From NCBI GenBank assembly GCA_905331015.1, contig CAJNXB010000003.1, positions 302,841 to 308,568 of the forward strand: a stretch of 5,728 nt of DNA, written 5' to 3'. This DNA comes from Rotaria socialis (lineage: Eukaryota). A program made the position numbers and the translations under genes. This document shows positions 1 to 5,690 of the stretch, piece by piece. The first letter of the stretch is position 1. Each line of letters starts with the position of its first letter. A model generated the notes under the pieces. The model was not told where the DNA came from. It was given only the letters and a program-made list of their open reading frames with translations, and ran no database searches.

Positions 1-83
1 ATATCTATTTTAGAGTAATATTATCAGCTAAAACGTATCTAAAAATCTTTCGGTTTCTAATCCTTAAGTATCGTCAAAACTTA

Positions 84-1133
84 ATGAAGAATCTAAATTT
101 AAATACAACTTCACTGACGGATGTATGTTTTATTCTGATATGCAAATTTCAATATTTTCTATGTTCATTATACAGACAGCATCTCCATCGTAACTCTATG
201 GCTGGCACGGTAAAATTTAAAGTCTAGAGATCATTGAAAGCAGTCTACGTATAATGATGATCGCAAAGATTAACTTGCTATTTATAATTGTATTCAATAT
301 TTCTTCTTAGATTTCATCAAAATTCACAACGAACTATCCTACTAGTCAGAATATTCAACAACAGTATTGCCCGAAGAATGCTGTAAAAAATCCAGAAGAG
401 TCAACAATTATTGAATATTCGGAGCTCCCTCATTCTCTATCGACTGGTGAGTGATAATCTTTGTTATATAAATCGTGTCAGACAATATGAGATGTAATTC
501 CAAAGTCAAAAATTGGTTCTAATAAAAAGTAATAGTTCCTTTTAAATTTTCTTCGTCATTATTTAATTACTGATAAATCGATGAAGAGTTGATCATTTCT
601 CAGAATACTTTTTAATCGCTCTCTCGACCTCATGGCTTTCATGTCGCTAAAAGGTGCAGTTAACTTTAGGGTAATTGAACAAGTCAATTTAAGACTTTCA
701 GTAATCTAAACCACCTGAAATATTTCAAAAGTATCACGATTTCTCAGAGTTTGACAATTTAAAACATCGAAGCTCATATTGAATGCATGTTTTACATACA
801 AAAACTTACCAGAATCTGGAATCGTATAAGGTTTCTAAAATACCATAAAATTTTCGCTTTTTAACATTTGGAAAAATATAATCGATTGCTCTTCTTCTAG
901 TTCAGCCTCCTTTTTCGCTGGCAACACCATCAACCACCCAAGCTGTTCTTTCATCTGATTATTCGACTGTTACGTGTCCACGTGAATACTTCGATAAACG
1001 ATTCGACATATATGCCGAGAAAGTAGAACATCTTTCGAACGAAGTTGCCGTCCTGAGAAATCAAAACGATGAATTAAATCGACAAATTATTTATCTCAAA
1101 CAATACCAAACCAATACTGACCACGATCATTAG
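84..1133 (+). CDS. Gene model A: small (about 145 aa) protein ending in a leucine-zipper coiled coil. Proposed join(84..122,180..209,311..446,901..1133). The 5' end is uncertain.
   Basis: All proposed junctions are GT-AG and frame-consistent: 122|GTATGT...acAG|180, 209|GTAAAA...cttcttAG|311, 446|GTGAGT...cttcttctAG|901. The total of 438 nt is 146 codons ending at TAG 1131-1133. The reading frame of the 84..122 exon stays open upstream to position 3, and an acceptor-like ctattttAG sits at 12-13. The true start may therefore lie upstream or outside the window. An alternative start is ATG 198-200 (MAGT|ISSK...). Confidence 0.5.
311..446 (+). CDS. Gene A internal exon
   Basis: Acceptor tatttcttcttAG at 309-310 and donor CTG|GTGAGTG at 447. 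The single open frame reads ISSKFTTNYPTSQNIQQQYCPKNAVKNPEESTIIEYSELPHSLST plus one base (phase 1). Confidence 0.6.
901..1133 (+). CDS. Gene A terminal exon: leucine-zipper coiled coil
   Basis: An in-frame TAA at 879-881 plus the only downstream AG (899-900, preceded by tgctcttcttct) fix the exon start. There is no in-frame ATG, so the exon must be spliced to an upstream exon. Translation: (V)QPPFSLATPSTTQAVLSSDYSTVTCPREYFDKRFDIYAEKVEHLSNEVAVLRNQNDELNRQIIYLKQYQTNTDHDH*. Leu codons at 1032, 1053, 1074 and 1095 lie exactly 7 residues apart. Confidence 0.75.
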
Positions 1134-2508
1134 GAATGAAGACGAGACGATACTGCTAGGTTGCCTCTCTTTGTCAAGAACAACAATGATACCGACAACT
1201 ATTTAGTGAAAGAATCAGTCGATCGACAAGAATTATATTCATATTTATTTAAAGATGATTTTAACCAACGCAAAACAGCCCCTAGCGTTAGACATTACTT
1301 TTTTCGGCTTTTTCTGTTTGATCAGTATATTTTTCTGTTTGTTATACTAGAGTGGCAACAATATTTACTTACTCCTTCTTGTAACTTACACTCCAATCTG
1401 AACAACGTTCACCACAGTTTGATAAAGGCTTGCAAGACTTGACTCAGAAACATACTCCAAATAGCCAGTATCGTCCTAGAGATGGTCTATAGAGAAGAAG
1501 AAAAACACATGAAACAATTCATTAGTAGAGTGCTCTTATTTATTCACGATGCATTTGAAATAAACTAATATAGATCTAAACCGTTTTTTTATTATTAAAT
1601 TAATGCTATAGAGGATGTGGGTGTGGGCGGGGTTGAGATCTGCGGAACAAGACCAGGTGAGTACATATATCTACCCTCATACCAACACCCTCGAGATAAT
1701 GTAAGAATAAAGTATGTAGTAACACAGGAAGATAACTCATCATGTATAAACAATCGATGGTGAAAAACGATAGTGCCATACCATAACCTCAACAGAACCT
1801 GCTCGGTTCCCTATTATATAAATTCAGCTGAAATAGAGAAATCTAATTTTGACAGATTTGTTCAAATGACATCACGTGAATAAAATATGATAACTTTATT
1901 TTAATAGATTTGTTGAATGAAAATAATATTTAAAAATGCATGTCATCTAAGTCAAGATAAAGTTTTTCATACGAGCATTGTGTTGTTATCAAATAAAACA
2001 CCGTAAATAAGAATCACAAAATATAACATAACAGGTAAATCTGTCGACTTGTTGATTTGTCAATAGAAAAATTTTGTACGCGATGACTTCCATAATCGGT
2101 AACATAAAGATTTTAATCAGCATCAAATTATATATCAGTAGGAAAATTGAATTGATCGGATTGATAGCCGCGGCCACGACCACCTACAATGGTGGTATAG
2201 GTGGACGCGATGCCAATGTAATTGTTTACTCTACTTTCCTAATGTACTCACTTGAATCTGTTGATGATCATAGTTACTTATTAACGTAGGACGATTTGAA
2301 TTCTCTTGATGTACTCTTTTGTATCTTATAATAAGCAATCGAGCGATAAATAAACACCATCTTCGATACAAGATTTGTTGTGAAGATTTTTATAATGACG
2401 ACATCGGTATTGTTGTTCTCAAGAAAAATTCCAATGTGACTGATTGAATCTTTCTTCTTCCTAAGTAATTATATTCGAATTTATTGAATGTAGATAAATA
2501 CCTCATTG

Positions 2509-2579
2509 AAAAAAGAAAAAAATAATGCTTCTGATGAGTTTCGTGCATCTGAAAACAACTCAACTTAGTTTTCTTTTTT
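2509..2579. repeat. A-tract/T-tract inverted repeat (11-bp arms, 49-nt spacer) in the intergenic region upstream of the E2-like gene
   Basis: aaaaaagaaaa at 2509-2519 is the exact reverse complement of ttttctttttt at 2569-2579. The sequence is low-complexity, so the biological meaning is doubtful. Confidence 0.5.
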
Positions 2580-2819
2580 TGACTTTTCTTATATCAATGT
2601 GATGTGAAACTTTGAAGGAAAGAAAGAAAATTGAGATAACAGCATGCAACTATGATTGCATTCTTGTTGTGAAATAATATTGGATACTTATGTAGTGCTT
2701 AGCTTGATGAATCATTACTTCATATAATTTCCCTCAATAGTGACAACTCATGATGCATATTTAGTTTTCATACTCAGATGCAATCACAGCCAGCGAAGGA
2801 TTTTTCCAATTTTCTACAA

Positions 2820-2827
2820 TATAAATA
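2820..2827 (+). promoter_or_regulatory. TATA-like box (TATAAATA) upstream of the E2-like gene
   Basis: TATAAATA begins 62 nt upstream of ATG 2882, which would place a TSS near 2850 and give a short 5' UTR. AT-rich background makes chance occurrence plausible. Confidence 0.3.
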
Positions 2828-2881
2828 GTATACCAGCTTTGCATATTATCATCAGTATCTTCCGTTCGCAACACACTGAGT

Positions 2882-2934
2882 ATGTCTTTCAAGCCACAAA
2901 ATACGAGAGTTGCTGCGACAAAGCGAATAATAAG
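2882..2934 (+). CDS. E2-like gene exon 1
   Basis: ATG at 2882. Encodes MSFKPQNTRVAATKRII plus AG of a split Arg codon. Donor AAG|GTATGA at 2935. The N-terminal A-x-KRI pattern is typical of E2 helix 1. Confidence 0.8.
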
Positions 2935-4904
2935 GTATGAAGACATATTAATGAATGTTTTTATTATTCGAATTTGAATATGTTAAATATTTTTTAGAGA
3001 TTTGAAAGATCTTGACAAACTTCCCATACCAGGGCTCGGTGTTACTTGTCCTGATGAATCTGATCCATTTGTTTTACATTGCAACGTATGTATTTCAGCA
3101 AATATTTGATCTACACATCACAATAACTGATTTGTTATTTAGGTATTGATAAATGATGGTCCCTATCATGGAGTTATGATTCATTTAATTCTTCATATTC
3201 CAGAAGATTATCCGTTGACAGGCCCAGCTGGAAATATAGCGCCTGGCTTAGAATTCGATTCTAGATATCATGGTCATATTCATCAAGACTACAGGTATGA
3301 TCATATTTTGATAGTGAACTCTGTAAGTTTTATCTATCACTTTCAGAAATGGACATTCTTTGTGTAATGATTTATTGACGAATTTTGCATTCTACTTTCG
3401 CTCTGTCGATGGAGGTACCACCAAAAAAGCCAGTGGTTGGAGGTAACTAAACGAGTTGTAGACATTGTCTAAATTTGAAAATCATTTTCTCTCCTATTTC
3501 TAGTCCTGGTTATACTTTATCAACAGCTCTCCTCCAAATCGTTACATTTTTTGCAGAGCCTGATCTTATTTCTGCGGCTTCTTCAGAAAGTATTGTTTAT
3601 CTCCGCAAAATGGTGAAAAATTTTACATGTACAACGTGTGGCCATTCTTATGACAATCCAAATCCGGCTATAGTCGGTTATAATGAGAAAAAGTCAGATA
3701 AGCAACAAACAGAAGAAGAACTAATGAAATCCAAGCGTGAACTAATGGAAAAATTAACATGCGGCGTAACAAAACAAAATGTCATAGAAGATCAAATTTG
3801 TCTTGGTTATCCATTATTAGTTACACGTGATAATCGTGGTCGACTGTGGCCAGAAATTGTTTTGGAACTTATTTCTTATGATGCATACGTTGCAGAAATA
3901 CAGAAATCCGGTGGAGAAAAATTAGATTTTTATGAAAATTTAAAATTTCGTTCTGTCACAGGTGCAGATTACAACCATTGGTTGCCTTTGTATATTAATG
4001 CGAATCATTTTCGACAAGGACAAACAATTATTCAAAATAGTATTAGTGTTATTTATAATGGTACTGCTCGAGGTAGTGCAAGATATGATTTTATGCCAAA
4101 CATGGCATTGAGTGTCTTGACTACTTTAATGAATAAATCAGCTGTGCGTTTATTTAATGGTCAAATGTATGAATCAGCACAAGCGATAGAAGCATATTGC
4201 CATTTTTTACGTTTATTAATGCATTTTATCGATATTTTTCCTGCATTAGGTAAAGTACAAATAGCAATAAATTTTGTTAAAGAATATTGTTCATATTTGT
4301 TTTTTTGTCGTCTTTTAGATTCTAGGATTAATAAAATTGTGGAAGGATTCACGACAACATTAGCTGGCTGTAATAAAAAGGTAGTGCCAGATATTGGTGA
4401 ATTTTTGATACAAATCGCGTTATCAACAAAATATAAATTCAATGATGTTAAAAAATATGTCTACGAAGAATATTTTGCTCGACAAATATATTGGATTCAA
4501 AAAAATAGTACAATTAAAAATTTGTTACATATAACGACAGCAGATTTACCTGAAATATTTCAAGCAGTAAAAGTATCAAATCATTTGTTAGTATTCAATC
4601 TGGAAATGGCTGAAACATTTATTTTTCCAGGTGTCAAAGAGTGAGTATCTGCTTTTCGCATTATCAACTATGTTGTACTATACACTTTATCTTTAGACGT
4701 CTGGATCGATTATATGGGTATCCACCTACAGTTATTGTCGAAAAATTTCAAACACGCTTAAAAGCTATTAAAGCAATAGATCGATATAGTGTGTTAATGC
4801 AAGCTATCCGTCTTAGTGACACAATCAAATCACCAGATGACATGATTGATTTGATAAAACGTTCCATACATGTATCAAATCAACAAGGCTATACCAATAT
4901 ATGA
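2882..4904 (+). CDS. Seven-exon gene for an atypical ubiquitin-conjugating enzyme (UBC/E2 fold) with a long uncharacterised C-terminal extension. join(2882..2934,2998..3085,3143..3294,3347..3442,3504..4249,4319..4640,4697..4904)
   Basis: Six GT-AG introns of 63, 57, 52, 61, 69 and 56 nt, all with T-rich acceptors. Exon lengths sum to 1665 nt, which is 555 codons ending at TGA 4902-4904. The spliced N-terminus shows the E2 landmarks in the correct order: MSFKPQNTRVAATKRIIRDLKDLDKLPIPGLGVTCPDESDPFVLHCNVLINDGPYHGVMIHLILHIPEDYPLTGPAGNIAPGLEFDSRYHGHIHQDYRNGHSLCNDLLTNFAFYFRSVDGGTTKKASGWSPGYTLSTALLQIVTFFAEPD. The motifs only become contiguous after intron removal, which supports the splice model independently. 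Confidence 0.85.
2998..3085 (+). CDS. E2-like gene exon 2
   Basis: Acceptor atattttttAG at 2996-2997. Completes AGA (R), then DLKDLDKLPIPGLGVTCPDESDPFVLHCN. Donor AAC|GTATGT at 3086. The adjacent AG at 2998-2999 would run into a stop and was excluded. Confidence 0.85.
3143..3294 (+). CDS. E2-like gene exon 3
   Basis: Acceptor ttgttatttAG at 3141-3142. Encodes VLINDGPYHGVMIHLILHIPEDYPLTGPAGNIAPGLEFDSRYHGHIHQDY plus AG. Donor CAG|GTATGA at 3295. The track ORF 3146..3367 is this exon read through into intron 3. Confidence 0.85.
3347..3442 (+). CDS. E2-like gene exon 4 (contains the catalytic Cys codon at 3363-3365)
   Basis: Acceptor tatcactttcAG at 3345-3346. Encodes (R)NGHSLCNDLLTNFAFYFRSVDGGTTKKASGW plus AG. 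Donor GAG|GTAACT at 3443. Confidence 0.85.
3504..4249 (+). CDS. E2-like gene exon 5 (end of the UBC core plus the start of the C-terminal extension)
   Basis: Acceptor ttttctctcctatttctAG at 3502-3503 restores the W-S-P motif: (S)PGYTLSTALLQIVTFFAEPDLISAASS... The rest follows the track ORF 3475..4644 frame up to ...HFIDIFPAL. The 3' boundary (donor TAG|GTAAAG at 4250) is less certain because the following intron is in-frame and stop-free. Confidence 0.7.
4319..4640 (+). CDS. E2-like gene exon 6
   Basis: Acceptor tttgtttttttgtcgtcttttAG at 4317-4318. Encodes (D)SRINKIVEGFTTTLAGCNKKVVPDIGEF...EMAETFIFPGVK plus GA. Donor AGA|GTGAGT at 4641 overlaps the in-frame TGA at 4642-4644. Confidence 0.7.
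4697..4904 (+). CDS. E2-like gene exon 7 (terminal)
   Basis: Acceptor cactttatctttAG at 4695-4696. GA+A gives Glu, then RLDRLYGYPPTVIVEKFQTRLKAIKAIDRYSVLMQAIRLSDTIKSPDDMIDLIKRSIHVSNQQGYTNI*. This is the 3' part of the track ORF 4641..4904, and the frame is consistent with exon 6 only after the 56-nt intron is removed. Confidence 0.75.
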
Positions 4905-5032
4905 TAGACAATTCAATTTCAAGGTCGAAATTGATATAATTCATACTCATGAAGATATATCCGTGTGGCAACGCATAGATGGCAAAAATATGTACTTTAC
5001 TAAACATGCATGTTCCACAGTAGTAAATTATG

Positions 5033-5476
5033 TTAGACATCATTCTTGGTTTTTTTATCATTTCGGCGAATAGCCCCACATATCTTAATAAATGAAAGCG
5101 AAAGAATAAATAGACGACCTCTCTTGATTGGCATCATTCTAAATTTGTCTTGGGGGTGTGGTTCCATTTGATCAGCAATCATTTGGAGCATGGCTCGCAG
5201 ATAACATGTCTGTTCATGTTCATCGCCCAATTGTTTAGTAGCAATGTCGAGAGCTTTCATGCCAATGTCAAAAGCTTCTGAATATCTTTCTAATTTGGAA
5301 AGTCCTAAAGTAATGTGATTGTAAGTGGCAACAAGCGATGGATGATCATCGGGTAATGAGCGCTTTTGAGTTTCCAAACATTTATTAAGCATGAATAATC
5401 CCGCTTCATAATGTCCATGTTGAATATATTCAATCGTACCACGTTTTGGATCGTTATCTTTAGTACTTTCGTTCAT
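5033..5476 (-). CDS. Small TPR protein (kinesin-light-chain-type, TPR_10/TPR_12-like repeats), 147-aa ORF. A possible 5' extension gives join(5033..5526,5573..5639) on the minus strand.
   Basis: The ORF translation contains two KLC-style TPR units: GTIEYIQHGHYEAGLFMLNKCLETQKRSLPDDHPSLVATYNHITLGLSKLERYSEAFDIGMKALDIATKQLGDEHEQTCYLRAMLQMIADQM. It shows the pattern L-P-x-x-H-P-x-hydrophobic-A-x-x-Y-N followed by L-G-D-E-H. The last ~45 aa (EPHPQDKFRMMPIKRGRLFILSLSF...) show no TPR periodicity. Confidence 0.7.
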   Translation of the reverse strand: MNESTKDNDPKRGTIEYIQHGHYEAGLFMLNKCLETQKRSLPDDHPSLVATYNHITLGLSKLERYSEAFDIGMKALDIATKQLGDEHEQTCYLRAMLQMIADQMEPHPQDKFRMMPIKRGRLFILSLSFIKICGAIRRNDKKTKNDV

Positions 5477-5551
5477 TTTACAACTATCAAATAGTCGCTT
5501 AAATGTAGGGCTTCTAATGAATTTGGCTGACGAGAGAAAAGATTAATCTAA

Positions 5552-5569
5552 AAGCGATAGATATCGCTT
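5552..5569. repeat. Perfect palindrome: 8-bp arms with a 2-nt spacer (aagcgata ga tatcgctt)
   Basis: Read directly from the sequence: 5552-5559 aagcgata and 5562-5569 tatcgctt are exact reverse complements. It lies 76-93 nt upstream of the TPR ATG at 5476, inside the candidate 46-nt intron. Confidence 0.85.
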
Positions 5570-5690
5570 GACCAAGGACGTATGTGACGTGTATCCCATT
5601 GGTGTCACTAGTTGATGGAATTGCAAACAATCTTAACATGCAAGAAAATCGAAAAAATTTCAAAATCATTATAAAGTATTTTTTCTTATC

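Noticed and set aside
255-261. TGATGA C-box-like motif inside the 101-nt intron of gene A (also at 2532 and 2263), as a possible intronic C/D snoRNA
   Set aside because: There is no downstream CTGA D box at an appropriate distance and no terminal complementary stem in any of the three cases.
1161-1442. Track ORF 1161..1442 (+), 93 aa
   Set aside because: It starts at a non-ATG codon (TTG) directly downstream of the gene A stop. The peptide is low-complexity and aromatic-rich (YFFRLFLFDQYIFLFVILEW), typical of translated T-rich non-coding DNA, and has no splice context. It is most likely 3' UTR or intergenic sequence.
1654-1664. Minus-strand gtACTCACCTGG resembling the U1 snRNA 5' end (AUACUUACCUGG)
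   Set aside because: It is simply the complement of a consensus 5' splice site on the + strand. The downstream ~150 nt lack the U1 stem-loop I and II sequences and an Sm site.
1989-2289. Track ORFs 1989..2183 (-) and 2074..2289 (+)
   Set aside because: They are mutually antisense, hydrophobic or low-complexity, and start at non-ATG codons. Neither could be joined to flanking exons in a consistent frame. I kept only the GC-rich island as an observation.
2531-2581. Hammerhead-ribozyme-like core boxes (CTGATGA at 2531-2537, GAAA at 2551-2554) flanked by the A/T inverted repeat
   Set aside because: The sequence between the boxes (gtttcgtgcatct) cannot form helix II with the required G10.1-C11.1 closing pair. 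Helix III would be only 3 bp. The A/T arms are not adjacent to the core, so helix I cannot form in register.
2740-2946. Track ORFs 2740..2940 (+) and 2761..2946 (-)
   Set aside because: Both overlap the promoter and exon 1 of the E2-like gene, out of frame or antisense. The real exon 1 frame (ATG 2882) gives a canonical E2 N-terminus, while these frames give no recognisable sequence.
2474-2985. Repeated attcgaattt 10-mer (about 2474 and 2968) and a recurrent agatttgtt motif (about 1853, 1906 and 2372)
   Set aside because: Short exact matches of this length are expected by chance in several kb of AT-rich sequence, and no extended similarity surrounds them.
3475-3503. The apparent start (MKIIFSPIS) of the 389-aa track ORF, and likewise the 5' part of ORF 4641..4904 and the 3' part of ORF 3146..3367
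   Set aside because: These are intron sequences translated by read-through. The start codons are non-ATG, and the segments are T-rich polypyrimidine tracts ending in AG. Removing them restores conserved E2 motifs.
3911-3961. A second in-frame GT...AG segment (51 nt) within exon 5
   Set aside because: The donor GTGGAG is weak, there is no polypyrimidine tract before the AG, and the encoded GGEKLDFYENLKFRSVT looks like ordinary protein sequence. It is treated as coding.
4161-5079. Track ORFs 4161..4442 (-), 4825..5079 (-) and 4870..5073 (+)
   Set aside because: They are antisense shadow ORFs of the E2-like gene exons, or they span the short convergent intergenic spacer. The peptides have no domain-like features.
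5596-5602. ATTGG (reverse CCAAT box) as a promoter element for the TPR gene
   Set aside because: It would fall inside the candidate 5' coding exon (codons T-N-G) if that model is right. A 5-mer alone is not evidence.
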